In this document: piece by piece, positions 48,166-59,940 of the stretch
Numbering within the stretch: the first letter of the stretch is position 1
Layout: each line of letters begins with the position of its first letter
Program-made: the position numbers and the translations under genes
NCBI GenBank assembly: GCA_963749075.1
Contig: CAVVLJ010000016.1
Span: forward strand, 384,001-448,000
From: an uncultured Pseudomonadota bacterium
GTDB lineage: Bacteria; Pseudomonadota; Alphaproteobacteria; JACZXZ01
Direction of reading: 5' to 3'
Length of the DNA: 64,000 bases
The notes under the pieces: generated by a model
What the model was told of the DNA's origin: nothing
The model's input: only the letters and a program-made list of their open reading frames with translations
Database searches by the model: none

Positions 48166-48576
48166 CTTAAGCCTCCCTCATTATGTGAAGTGCCTCCCGC
48201 GACCCCTGTGCGAAAGCCCACGCACGCAAACTGCACCAGTCTTGCGCATACCCCCGCGAGCCGTCGGGAAGCGTAACAGGGCGGAGCTCGGCCTGTCAAC
48301 TGAGGTGAAACAAAATTTCTTATCGAGAAACAGGATCGCCGCGGCATTGGCCGAAGTACGGCTCGCGACCGGGAGGCGCACGGCGCCGTCTCAGGCACGC
48401 CTCTTCGCGGCAGCCGAGTGGCATCTCGCAGTCTAAGGCGTCACCCGACTGCGACTCCGCGCCCTTGCCGGCAACGCAGAGGCCGAGGCCGCGTCCCGCA
48501 AGAGCGGCTTCGAACGCTCCGAGGTGGCGTTCGAGAAGCGGGTCGTCGGGGAGCGCCGAGGCGGCTCTCGCGCGGG

Positions 48577-48810
48577 CTAGAGCTTGGGCATCGCGCGGGG
48601 TTGAACGGTCATGCTTTGAGCCACGGGTCGCACGGCCCTTGCGGGCACCGTTGCCACCGCGATCGTCTCGCCGCCGGGCGTCATGAATTCCACCTCATAG
48701 CCAGCCCCGCCGGCATGAACCAGCACCACGCACCCTCGGTCGCCGGCACGGAGGCCTAGCGCGGGCAGACTCTCGGTGAGAATGACTGAGTCCAGCTCCT
48801 TGATCGTCAT
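48577..48810 (-). CDS. DUF4926-like small protein (putative antitoxin/immunity)
   Basis: IKELDSVIL..LPALGLRAGDRGCVVLV...YEVEF pattern; ATGA coupling with the upstream remnant. Confidence 0.75.
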   Translation of the reverse strand: MTIKELDSVILTESLPALGLRAGDRGCVVLVHAGGAGYEVEFMTPGGETIAVATVPARAVRPVAQSMTVQPRAMPKL

Positions 48811-49170
48811 TGGCCTCTCCGCAAAGGAACGACGGTGACCAGCCGTGGCTCGACGTGTCCCACGTCCACCATCCGGACGGCGCGCACTTGCGGCCCCCGC
48901 CCGTCGGGCGCGCGTAACGGTCCCTCCAATATATACTTCCTTCCGATATATACTTCCTTCCGAACTCCGTCAGTTCCACCCCTGCGACTGCAACAGTGCA
49001 CGCGTGCTCAAGGAGCGCGTCCCGCAATATTTGCCAATTCTGAGCCTGAAATCCGAAGCGAGAAAAAACATTGCCTTATGACGCCCCTCGGGATGGCTCG
49101 TGGATAGGAGATAGTCCCTGATCTTGCTCGCATCTATGATGGCAAGCTGGACGTTGGGTAGCAGGCCCAC
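48807..49170 (-). pseudogene. DUF6883-like putative toxin, broken by a homopolymer indel and a 17-bp tandem duplication
   Basis: LPN..AIIDASKIRDYLLSTSHPEGRHKA, FGRKYI and GPLRAPDGR..PRLVT are spread over three frames; lower GC. Confidence 0.7.
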
Positions 49171-49402
49171 ATTACCCCCGCAATCTCCGGCTAGATCGGC
49201 GCCACCATAGTTTTCCTATGATGGCATTGGCTATAGGCTTGAACATCCTATACGTGCTCGCCATGACGGTCTGCGCCCGGCCGGCTTGTCGCAGACCGGG
49301 GGAGCGCCGGCACGTCTATGCCAGTCGGCGTCCTGCCCGCGGCATCGCGCCGCTGCTCCTCCGCGAACTCCCCTGTTGCTTTTTCCGCGCCATGCTTTAT
49401 CT

Positions 49403-49427
49403 AATCAGTACCTTTTCGGTCCTGATT
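49403..49427. promoter_or_regulatory. Imperfect palindrome, candidate Rrf2 operator of the suf operon
   Basis: AATCAG-T-ACC-TTTTC-GGT-C-CTGATT, 14 nt before the regulator start codon. Confidence 0.55.
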
Positions 49428-49441
49428 GGATGCGGTGCAGC

Positions 49442-49906
49442 ATGATCCGGCTAAACAGGCTTACCGATTACGCAATCGTCGTCCTCTCGCAGATGGGGCG
49501 GGGGCATGGTGCGATGCGCACGGCGGCCCAGCTCGCCCACGAGACGGGGATGCCGGTGCCGACCGTGGCCAAGCTCCTCAAGACGCTGGCGGCGGACCAT
49601 ATCATCCTCTCGCACCGCGGTGCCGCGGGCGGTTATGCGCTGAGCCGCCCGCCCGAGGAGATCAGCGTGGCGGAGATCATCGCCTCCCTCGAGGGGCCGA
49701 TCGCCCTCACCGCCTGCGTCGAGGGCTCGGGCAACCATTGCGACGTGGAGTCCCTCTGCCCGATGCGCGGCAACTGGGAAAAGATCAACGGCGCCATCCG
49801 CACGGCGCTCGAGGCTCTGACGCTCGCCGACATGGCGATGCCGCTGAGCTTCCCGCCGCTCGGCGCCGCCGCGCGCGCCGCCGCACCGGCGGTGGCCGGC
49901 GCCTGA
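49442..49906 (+). CDS. Rrf2-family SUF system Fe-S cluster assembly regulator
   Basis: [20 protein letters not shown] and [11 protein letters not shown]...C motifs; first gene of the suf operon. Confidence 0.9.
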   Translation: MIRLNRLTDYAIVVLSQMGRGHGAMRTAAQLAHETGMPVPTVAKLLKTLAADHIILSHRGAAGGYALSRPPEEISVAEIIASLEGPIALTACVEGSGNHCDVESLCPMRGNWEKINGAIRTALEALTLADMAMPLSFPPLGAAARAAAPAVAGA

Positions 49907-49943
49907 GCGGACAGGGTCTCAAGGTCGAAGGGAGCAAGCCAGC

Positions 49944-51398
<1,455 letters not shown>

Positions 51399-51423
51399 GA
51401 TGGCTTTGACGAAGGACGCGGAA

Positions 51424-52179
<756 letters not shown>

Positions 52180-52189
52180 GGGCGTGGCG

Positions 52190-53539
52190 GTGAGCGAGAT
52201 GACGCAACGGCCCGGCCTCGGCGAGCGCTTCGTGGCGGAGTACGAGGCCGCGAAGGGCGGCTTGCCCGGCGGCGGCCTCGACTGGCTGCCGGCGCTCCGC
52301 GGCGCCGCACTCGCGCGCTTCGCCGCCGCGGGCTTGCCCACCCAGCGCAGCGAGGAGTGGCGATACACGAGCCTGGCACCGCTCGCACGGCTCGCTTTCG
52401 CGCCGGCACGTGCTACGCTGAACGGCGTTGCGGCGTCGGTGCTGCCGTGGCTGCTGCCGGAAGCCGCCGGCGCCCATCGCCTCGTCTTCGTGAACGGCCG
52501 GCTGCGCCGCGACCTCTCCGCACCCGGCACGCTCCCGGCCGGCGTCAGCTTGACGGGACTTGCGGTTGCCCTCGAGGAGAACCCGGTCATGCTCGTCGGC
52601 CGCCTGGGTGCCGTCGGCGACATCGAGGGCCAGCCGATGCTGGCGCTCAACACGGCGCTGATGGCGGACGGCTACGTTCTCCGCCTCGCACGCGATGTCA
52701 GGCTCGAGCATCCGGTCGAGCTCCTCTTCGTGGCGCTTGCCGGCGGCGAGCCGGTTTCCTATCACCCGCGCGGCCTCGTCGTCGCCGAGTCGGGGAGCAG
52801 TGCTACGATCATCGAGCAGCACGTCGGCATGGGCCGCGGCATAACGCTTGCCAACATGGCAAGCGAGATCCTCGTCGAGGACGGCGCTGCGCTCAGCCAT
52901 TACAAGCTCGCGGCGGACGGTGCTGAGGCCTTCCACATCGCCGCCTCCGCCGTGCAGGTCGCGCGCGGGGGGCGTTACGAGAGCTTCGTCCTGACCCATG
53001 GCGGCCGGCTCGCGCGCAACGAGATCCGCCTGCGCCTCGGCGGCCCCGGCGCATCTTGCGCGCTCGACGGGGCCTATCTCGGAAGGCGGCGCCAGCACAT
53101 CGACAACACCACCTTCATCGACCATGCAGCACCCGAGACGACGAGCCGCGAGCTTTACAAGGGCGTGCTCGGCGGCTATGCGCGCGGCGTCTTCCAGGGC
53201 CGCATCCTGGTGCGCCCCGATGCGCAGAAGGCCGACGGTCAGCAGACGAGCAAGGCGCTCCTCCTCTCGGCCGGTGCCGAGATCGACGCCAAGCCGCAGC
53301 TCGAGATCTACGCCGACGACGTGAAGTGCAGCCATGGCGCCGCCGCGGGCGAGCTCGACGAGGAGGCGCTCTTCTACCTGCGCAGCCGCGGCATCCCGGA
53401 GGCCGAGGCGCGGCACATGCTGGTCGAGGCCTTTCTCGCCGAGGCCGTCGAGAGGATCGCCTCTGCGCCGGTGCGCGCGGCCTTCCATCGGCGCCTCGCG
53501 GAGGCCCTGGCCGCCGATATCCTGGAGCCGGGAGAATGA
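52190..53539 (+). CDS. sufD: Fe-S cluster assembly protein SufD
   Basis: EEWRYT, VFQGRI, KPQLEIYADDVKCSHG and FYLRSRGI motifs. Confidence 0.95.
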   Translation: MSEMTQRPGLGERFVAEYEAAKGGLPGGGLDWLPALRGAALARFAAAGLPTQRSEEWRYTSLAPLARLAFAPARATLNGVAASVLPWLLPEAAGAHRLVFVNGRLRRDLSAPGTLPAGVSLTGLAVALEENPVMLVGRLGAVGDIEGQPMLALNTALMADGYVLRLARDVRLEHPVELLFVALAGGEPVSYHPRGLVVAESGSSATIIEQHVGMGRGITLANMASEILVEDGAALSHYKLAADGAEAFHIAASAVQVARGGRYESFVLTHGGRLARNEIRLRLGGPGASCALDGAYLGRRRQHIDNTTFIDHAAPETTSRELYKGVLGGYARGVFQGRILVRPDAQKADGQQTSKALLLSAGAEIDAKPQLEIYADDVKCSHGAAAGELDEEALFYLRSRGIPEAEARHMLVEAFLAEAVERIASAPVRAAFHRRLAEALAADILEPGE

Positions 53540-54807
53540 CGATGTCGAGAAGTGCCGCCTTCAAGCCGCGGGCGGGAAGCAACAGGCCGGTCTATGACGT
53601 TGAGCGCGTGCGCCAGGACTTTCCCATCCTCGCGCGGAGCGTGCACGGCCGGCCCCTCGTCTATCTCGACAACGGCGCCTCGGCCCAGAAGCCGCGCCAG
53701 GTGATCGAGACCATGCGCGAGGTGATGGAAGAGGACTATGCCAACGTCCATCGCGGCGTGCATTTCCTCTCCCAGCGCGCGACCGAGCGCTACGAGGCGG
53801 CTCGCGGGACGGTCGCCCGCTTCCTCGGCGCCGAGCCGCGCGAGATCGTCTTCACGCGCAACGCCACCGAGGCGATCAACCTCGTGGCGGCGAGCTACGG
53901 CCGCCGCTTCTTCGAGAAGGGCGACGAGGTCGTCGTTTCGGAGATGGAGCACCACGCCAATATCGTGCCCTGGCAGCTCCTCGAGAGCGAGATCGGCATC
54001 CGCTTGCGCGTGGTACCCGTGGACGACGCGGGGAGCCTGCGCATGGAGGTCTATGAGAGCCTCCTCGGACCGCGGACCAAGCTCGTGGCGCTTGCCCACT
54101 GCTCGAACGTGCTCGGCACTTTCACGCCGGCGGGCGAGATCGTGCGCCTGGCGCACGCGCGCGGCATCCCGGTGCTGTTCGACGGCGCCCAGGCGGCGGT
54201 GCACGGCCCAGTCGACGTGAAGGCGCTCGACGCCGACTTCTACGCCTTCACCGGCCACAAGCTCTATGGCCCGACGGGGATCGGCGTGCTCTACGGCAAG
54301 TACGAGCTCCTCGCCAAGATGCCGCCTTACCAGGGCGGCGGCGACATGATCCAATCGGTCAGCTTCTCCGGCACCAGCTTCAAGGAGCCGCCCGAGCGCT
54401 TCGAGGCCGGCACGCCCGCTATCGTCGAGGCGATCGGGCTCGCCGCGGCGATCGACTATGTGACGGCGCTCGGCCGCGACGCCATCGCGGCGCACGAGCA
54501 GCAGCTCCTGGACTACGCGACGGAGCGCCTCTCGGCGATCCCCGGCCTCACCATCTACGGCACCGCACCCGAGAAGGCGGCGATCCTCTCCTTCACGCTC
54601 GCCTCGGCGCATGCCCACGACGTCGGCACCATCGTCGACCGCGCCGGCGTGGCGCTGCGCACCGGCCACCACTGCGCCCAGCCGCTCATGGAGCGCCTGG
54701 GCATAGCAGGCACCGCGCGCGCCTCCTTCGGACTTTACAATACGCTTGCCGAGGTCGATGTCCTGGCGGACGCCATTCATTCGGTCGAGGAGATTTTCGG
54801 GCGATGA
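53536..54807 (+). CDS. sufS: Cysteine desulfurase SufS
   Basis: YLDNGASAQKP, TGHK (PLP Lys), FEAGTP and RTGHHCA motifs. Confidence 0.96.
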   Translation: MTMSRSAAFKPRAGSNRPVYDVERVRQDFPILARSVHGRPLVYLDNGASAQKPRQVIETMREVMEEDYANVHRGVHFLSQRATERYEAARGTVARFLGAEPREIVFTRNATEAINLVAASYGRRFFEKGDEVVVSEMEHHANIVPWQLLESEIGIRLRVVPVDDAGSLRMEVYESLLGPRTKLVALAHCSNVLGTFTPAGEIVRLAHARGIPVLFDGAQAAVHGPVDVKALDADFYAFTGHKLYGPTGIGVLYGKYELLAKMPPYQGGGDMIQSVSFSGTSFKEPPERFEAGTPAIVEAIGLAAAIDYVTALGRDAIAAHEQQLLDYATERLSAIPGLTIYGTAPEKAAILSFTLASAHAHDVGTIVDRAGVALRTGHHCAQPLMERLGIAGTARASFGLYNTLAEVDVLADAIHSVEEIFGR

Positions 54808-55268
54808 GCGACGACCTGCGCGAGCTCTACCAGGAGGTCATCCTGGACCACGGCAAGCATCCGCGGAACTTCCGCCATCCCGCGGACGCCAACTGCCAGG
54901 CGCACGGCTACAATCCGCTGTGCGGCGACCAGCTCACCGTGTACCTCAAGCGCGACGGCGACGGCGTCATCCGCGACGCCGCCTTCGAGGGCCGCGGCTG
55001 CGCCATCTCCACGGCCTCCGCCTCGATGATGACCGAGGTGCTGCGCGGCAAGAGCGAGGCCGAGGTCAAGGCCCTCTTCGAAGCCTTCCACCGCCTCTGC
55101 ACCGTGGGCGAGGACGGCAATCTGCCCTCGGCACTCGTCGAGGATGCCGAGAAGCTGCACGTGCTCGCGGGCGTGCGCCAGTTCCCCATGCGGGTCAAAT
55201 GCGCGACCCTCGCGTGGCACACGATGAACGCAGCCCTCCACGGCAAGAACGAAGTCTCGACGGAATAG
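54804..55268 (+). CDS. sufU: SUF system NifU-like protein SufU
   Basis: LYQEVILDH, NPLCGD, GCAIS and RVKCATL motifs. Confidence 0.93.
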   Translation: MSDDLRELYQEVILDHGKHPRNFRHPADANCQAHGYNPLCGDQLTVYLKRDGDGVIRDAAFEGRGCAISTASASMMTEVLRGKSEAEVKALFEAFHRLCTVGEDGNLPSALVEDAEKLHVLAGVRQFPMRVKCATLAWHTMNAALHGKNEVSTE

Positions 55269-55282
55269 CGAGGACGGACGCG

Positions 55283-55705
55283 ATGGACCGCTCTATGGCA
55301 TCGGAAGCAAGCCACGACATCGCGAGTGCGGCAGCGGGCGGTGCTGCGGCGGACGACGGGGAGCTTGTGCGCGCCGGAGCGCCGTTGGCGGCCGGCGCCT
55401 CCGTGGCATCCTGGGACGCCGTGGCGGACGCGCTCAGGACCGTCTACGACCCCGAGATCCCGGTCAACATCTTCGAGCTCGGCCTCATCTACAAGCTCGA
55501 GATCGCCGAGGACGGCAAGGTCGCCATCGAGATGACGCTGACGGCACCGGCCTGCCCGGTCGCCGGCACGCTCCCAGGCCAGGTGGCAGAGACGGTGGCG
55601 CAGGTGCCGGGGGTGGGGGAGGTCGCGGTCAAGCTGGTCTGGGAGCCCCCTTGGACGCCCCAGAAGATGTCCGAGGACGCCCGCATGGTCTTGGACATCC
55701 CGTGA
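55283..55705 (+). CDS. sufT: DUF59 Fe-S assembly protein (SufT-like)
   Basis: VYDPEIPVNIFELGLIY, MTLTAPACP and VWEPPW motifs. Confidence 0.9.
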   Translation: MDRSMASEASHDIASAAAGGAAADDGELVRAGAPLAAGASVASWDAVADALRTVYDPEIPVNIFELGLIYKLEIAEDGKVAIEMTLTAPACPVAGTLPGQVAETVAQVPGVGEVAVKLVWEPPWTPQKMSEDARMVLDIP

Positions 55706-55757
55706 GCGTGGGCTTATATAGGCGTCGCACTCCCGGGTTCGAAGGGTCGTGAGAGCC

Positions 55758-56093
55758 ATGGCCGCAGCGATGATCACCCTGACGGAGGCCGCCGCCCTGC
55801 GGGCCAAGAGCCTCATCGGCAAGGCCGACAAGCCGGTCAAGGGCCTGCGCGTCGGCGTGCGCACGCGCGGCTGCTCGGGGCACAGCTATTTCGTCGAGTA
55901 TGCCGAGGCGCCCAAGAAGTTCGAGGACGTGATCGAGGACAAGGGCGTCAAGATATTCATCGATCCCGCCTCGGTGATGTTCCTCCTCGGCACCGAGATG
56001 GACTATGTCGAGGACAAGCTGCAGTCCGGCTTCGTCTTCCGCAATCCCAACGAGAAGAGCCGCTGCGGCTGCGGCGAGAGCTTCAATATCTGA
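55758..56093 (+). CDS. sufA: A-type Fe-S carrier (SufA/IscA)
   Basis: GCSG and NPNEKSRCGCGESF motifs. Confidence 0.93.
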   Translation: MAAAMITLTEAAALRAKSLIGKADKPVKGLRVGVRTRGCSGHSYFVEYAEAPKKFEDVIEDKGVKIFIDPASVMFLLGTEMDYVEDKLQSGFVFRNPNEKSRCGCGESFNI

Positions 56094-56124
56094 GGCCGCT
56101 CCGGCCGTCGTGAGATGCTGAGCA

Positions 56125-56147
56125 GGCCCCCGAGCGGGGCCATTTTC
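56125..56147 (+). terminator. Putative intrinsic terminator of the suf operon
   Basis: GGCCCC-CGAGC-GGGGCC followed by ATTTT. Confidence 0.55.
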
Positions 56148-56233
56148 ATGGCGGAAACGGCATTCCCCTGGGGCGCCGGCGCTGTTTGACGTTGCGCTCT
56201 TAATTAGCCAATTCTTAGCTAAGGAGGGGCGCC

Positions 56234-56464
56234 ATGACGGCGACGGTTACGGTCCACGTGGCAAAGACCAGGCTCTCCCAGCTCCTCCAGCGCGTGGAGC
56301 GGGGCGAGACGATCACCATCTCGCGCGGCAAAACGCCCGTCGCGAAACTGGTGCCGCTCGCGCCCAAGGCGGAGCGCCGCTTCGGCGCGATGCGCGGCGT
56401 GCTCCAAGTCGACGAGTCTTTCTTCGAACCGTTGCCTGAGGAGGAACTGGCGGCCTGGAAGTAG
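56234..56464 (+). CDS. Phd/YefM family antitoxin
   Basis: AKTRLSQLL..VERGETITISRGKTPVAKLVP...FFEPLPEEEL; AAGGAGG RBS. Confidence 0.88.
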   Translation: MTATVTVHVAKTRLSQLLQRVERGETITISRGKTPVAKLVPLAPKAERRFGAMRGVLQVDESFFEPLPEEELAAWK

Positions 56465-56478
56465 CCTGGGGATAGAGG

Positions 56479-56629
56479 TTGCTTCTCCTTCTCGATACGC
56501 CTGCCTTCCCCCGGTCCCCATCGCGATCCGTTCGACCGCATGCTGATCGTGCAGGCCATCCGCAAAGCCATGATGCTGGTGTCGAACGAGCGGCTCTTCG
56601 AGCGCTATGGCGTCAGTCGCCCGTGGTAA
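56479..56629 (+). pseudogene. vapC: VapC/PIN toxin remnant with a large internal deletion
   Basis: The N-terminal LLLLDT is joined out of frame to the C-terminal PHRDPFDRMLIVQA...LVSNERLFERYGV..W*. About 50 codons remain, versus ~130 typical. Confidence 0.8.
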
Positions 56630-56762
56630 GAAATGCCGGCGCGATCGTGCCTGCGCGCGCAGAGCTTACGCGGATATTACTCGCCGCCATCGACCGGACG
56701 GGCAGCGCGCTGCGAGGCGAGGCACGGAGATGCCGCGGCAACACGTCGTAAGGCATGCGCCT

Positions 56763-56909
56763 TTAGCGCATGAGGTGCGGCCAAAGGCCGGTGACGCCGA
56801 TGAGAATGAGGTAGATGGCGACGACGTAGTTGAGCAGGCGCGGCAAGACGAGGATGAGGATGCCCGCGATCAGGGCGACGACCGGCTGCAGCACCAGGAT
56901 ATTCATCAT
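56763..56909 (-). CDS. DUF3096-like small membrane protein
   Basis: PVVALIAGILILVLPRLLNYVVAIYLILIG pattern. Confidence 0.8.
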   Translation of the reverse strand: MMNILVLQPVVALIAGILILVLPRLLNYVVAIYLILIGVTGLWPHLMR

Positions 56910-57063
56910 CGGTTGAGCTCCGTTTCTGCGTGAATGTTGCAGCGAGAGCGATAACCTAGCCGGAGCGCCGCAGCAGCGCCATGGGTAGCCGGCGATCCCG
57001 GGATGTAAACGCCGCAAGGGCCATTATGGCTCCCTCGGGCGACGCCGCCCGCTTGCCTGCCGA

Positions 57064-58494
57064 TCAGTAGTGCGTCAGCACGCGGTAGCTGAGCTTGCGC
57101 GTACCCTTTGCCGGGACGTCGAGATGCCAGCGCGCGGCGGAGGCGCTTGCCTTCTCGTGCGGGTCGCTCTCCTGAAGGATGTGCCAGTCGCCCGGCAGCG
57201 TCTCGACCACGGTGACCGTGACGGGCGTCTCCTTGGCGTTATGGAGGGTGATCTCCTCGCTCGCCTCGTAGCTCTTGTCGCTCGGCCGCGAGGCGCTCGT
57301 CTGCAGACGCTCGGCGGTCACGTCGAAGGCCTTGCCGAGGGTAAGCTTCACGGGCTTTTCCGCCGGCGTGGCGGCGATGTCGTCCTCGCCGAGGAAGGCG
57401 ATGGCGCCCTCGGCGCCGTGCCGGTAGACGCGCACGATCCCTTGCGGCAGCGGCGTGCCGAGGCCGGACGCCTTGTCGTTCTCGAAGCTGAAGCGCACGG
57501 CGATGCCGACGGGTGCCGGCTCGCTCGCCGCCGTCGACGTCACCGGCGCCTCGTCGCTCAAGAGATACTCCTTCTTGACCGGCACGGCGGGCGCCTCGAG
57601 GAGCGCCAATTGGATCGTCTCGCGCTCGCCGAGGCTGATCTCGCGCGGCAGCGCAAAGCGATAGAAATCGCCGAGCGCCTCGGCACTCGGCAGCGGCGGC
57701 GGGGCCGCCATGGCTGCGCCAACGCCCGGCAACGCCCGTGCCAGGGCCAACGGCGCGCGTGCGACGCGGTTGAGGGTGCCTGCGACGAGCGTCAAATGCG
57801 CCCTCGGATAGCTGGCTCCGCTGGCATTCTCGACGCTGGCGCGGCCGACGAGCGAGAGCCTGGTCTCGCCCGCGTCGAGCTCGGCCACGTAATTGGCCGA
57901 CCAGCCGAGCCCGCCCGTGAGGTAGCTGAGCTCGACGGGCCGCGCTCCGGCCTTGGAGCTGAGGAGGGCCAGCACGAGGGTGGGCTTGTCGCGCAAGCCC
58001 GGCGGCAGGGCGGAGAAGACGAGGCGGCCGGGGAGCGTGGTTTCGATGCGGTCGCCGATCCGCAGCACGACGCCTTGCGCCGCCGAGAGCACGGTCGCCT
58101 GCTCGATGCGCTCCTCCCCCGTCTGCGGGTTGCGGATGGCGATGCGGACCTCGTGGCCGACGGACGCCGCGAGGAGGGCGCTCGGGGTAAGCAGGTCCTT
58201 CTCATAGCGCTGCTCGACGAAACGCAAGGGATCGCCGCCGAGCTGGTCCAGCAGCACGCTCTCGGGGAGGAGCTGGGCCGAGACGCCGGCAAAGGCGATG
58301 CGGTTGAGGCCGTCCTTGAGCGGAACCGTGCGGCGGTCCTGCACCAGCGCCAGGTTCTGCTCGTAGACGGTGAGCGCCAAAGCCGTCTGCTGATCGCTTG
58401 CGACGCTCACCTCGTCGTCCGCCGCGGCGGCCTCGCCGCCCATGGCAAGGACGAGCGGCAGGGCGAGAACGGAAAGGGCGTGGCAAAGGCGCAT
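57064..58494 (-). CDS. DUF4139-like secreted protein
   Basis: Signal peptide; LTVYEQNLALVQD, LSYLTGGLGWSANY and PLPQGIVRVY motifs. Confidence 0.8.
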   Translation of the reverse strand: MRLCHALSVLALPLVLAMGGEAAAADDEVSVASDQQTALALTVYEQNLALVQDRRTVPLKDGLNRIAFAGVSAQLLPESVLLDQLGGDPLRFVEQRYEKDLLTPSALLAASVGHEVRIAIRNPQTGEERIEQATVLSAAQGVVLRIGDRIETTLPGRLVFSALPPGLRDKPTLVLALLSSKAGARPVELSYLTGGLGWSANYVAELDAGETRLSLVGRASVENASGASYPRAHLTLVAGTLNRVARAPLALARALPGVGAAMAAPPPLPSAEALGDFYRFALPREISLGERETIQLALLEAPAVPVKKEYLLSDEAPVTSTAASEPAPVGIAVRFSFENDKASGLGTPLPQGIVRVYRHGAEGAIAFLGEDDIAATPAEKPVKLTLGKAFDVTAERLQTSASRPSDKSYEASEEITLHNAKETPVTVTVVETLPGDWHILQESDPHEKASASAARWHLDVPAKGTRKLSYRVLTHY

Positions 58495-58573
58495 CGAAGC
58501 CTCCTCTCGCAATCGTCCTCAGCGACGTGCCGCCGACCCTAGGGCGAAGTTGCGGCGGATTTTGGGCAGAGTC

Positions 58574-59851
58574 TCAGAAGCGATCGACGCGGAACGGTGC
58601 GAGATCGATGCCCGGGTCGCGCCCGGCGGCGAGGCTGGCGATGATGCGGCCGGTGGTGGCGCCCCCGGTCAATCCGAGATGGCCATGGCCGAACGCGTAG
58701 AAGACGTTGCCGAAGTGCGGGCTCGGCGAGATCACGGGGAGCGAGTCGGGAAGCGACGGCCGGAAGCCCATCCATTCGCTGCCGCCCGAGGCGTCGAGCC
58801 GGGGCAGGAAGCGCCGCGCGCGCTCGACGAGCACGCGCGCGCGCGCATAATTGGGCGGCAGCTCGAGCCCGCCGAGCTCGACCGTGCCGGAAAGCCTGAG
58901 GCCCATCGCCATGGGCGTCGCCACGAAGCCGCCTTCGGCGGAGTGCAGCATGCGGTTCAGGCTGACGTTCGGATGGGGCAGCGTCGTGTGATAGCCGCGC
59001 TCGGTCTCGAGCGGCACCGGGCTGCCGAGCAGCTTCGCGAGCCTGCCGGACCAGGCGCCGGCGGCGATCACCAGCCGCTCGAAGGGGATGCGCTCGCCGC
59101 TCTCCGTGCGCAGCGCCAGCGGCCCCTCGCCACCGAGCTCGAAGCCCACCGCGCGCGCCTCCCTGATGGTGCCGCCCTCGCGCGCGAAGTGTTCGGCGAT
59201 GCTTGCTACGACGCGATAGGGATCGGCCACGTGCCCCCAGTCGGGCACGAACATGCCGAGCTTGAAGATGGGCGCCAGCTCCGGCTCCATCTGGCGCAGC
59301 TCCTCAGGTGCCAGGCGCTCGACGCGCACGCCGTGGCGGCGCTTGAGCTCCCATTCGAAGGCGTCCGCCCGCAGCGCCTCCTCGCTCTCGTAAAGCGAGA
59401 TGCAGCCTTTGCGATAGAGGATGTCGCGGATGCCGGCCTCGACGAGGAGCGGCTCGTAATCGTCGTAGGCATGGGAGAGCAGGCTGGCAAGTGCCGCCGC
59501 CGCCGCCTCCACGCGCTCGCGCCGGCTCGCGCGCCAGAAGCGCCACAGCCAAGGTGCGAGCCGCGGCAGATAGGACCAGCGGATGGCGAGCGGTCCGAGC
59601 GGGTCCATGAGCCAGCGCGGCACGCGGCGCATGATGCCGGGGAGTGCTTGGGGCGCCACCTCGGTCACCGCGATGCCGCCCGCGTTGCCGAAGGAGGTGC
59701 CGCGGCCGGGCGCCAGCGGATCGATGACCGTGACGGCAGCACCTTCGCGCTGCAGGGAGCGCGCGCAGCTTATGCCCACGATGCCGGCACCCACCACGAC
59801 GGTGCTCGGCGGCGCGCCGTGCGGGCGCGTCATTGTCATGGCAACTTCCAT
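58574..59851 (-). CDS. FAD-dependent D-amino acid dehydrogenase family protein, probable D-hydroxyproline dehydrogenase
   Basis: GAGIVG, TSFGNAG, ERGYH, WMGFRPSLPDSLP and GHGHLGLT motifs; divergent from the Hyp epimerase. Confidence 0.8.
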   Translation of the reverse strand: MEVAMTMTRPHGAPPSTVVVGAGIVGISCARSLQREGAAVTVIDPLAPGRGTSFGNAGGIAVTEVAPQALPGIMRRVPRWLMDPLGPLAIRWSYLPRLAPWLWRFWRASRRERVEAAAAALASLLSHAYDDYEPLLVEAGIRDILYRKGCISLYESEEALRADAFEWELKRRHGVRVERLAPEELRQMEPELAPIFKLGMFVPDWGHVADPYRVVASIAEHFAREGGTIREARAVGFELGGEGPLALRTESGERIPFERLVIAAGAWSGRLAKLLGSPVPLETERGYHTTLPHPNVSLNRMLHSAEGGFVATPMAMGLRLSGTVELGGLELPPNYARARVLVERARRFLPRLDASGGSEWMGFRPSLPDSLPVISPSPHFGNVFYAFGHGHLGLTGGATTGRIIASLAAGRDPGIDLAPFRVDRF

Positions 59852-59940
59852 AGCGGAGCGCGGGCCACAGCGCTACCGCGGAATGGGCCAAGCCCTTGGC
59901 CGCCATTGCAGGCGCGATGCCGTTGGCGTAGAACACGCGC

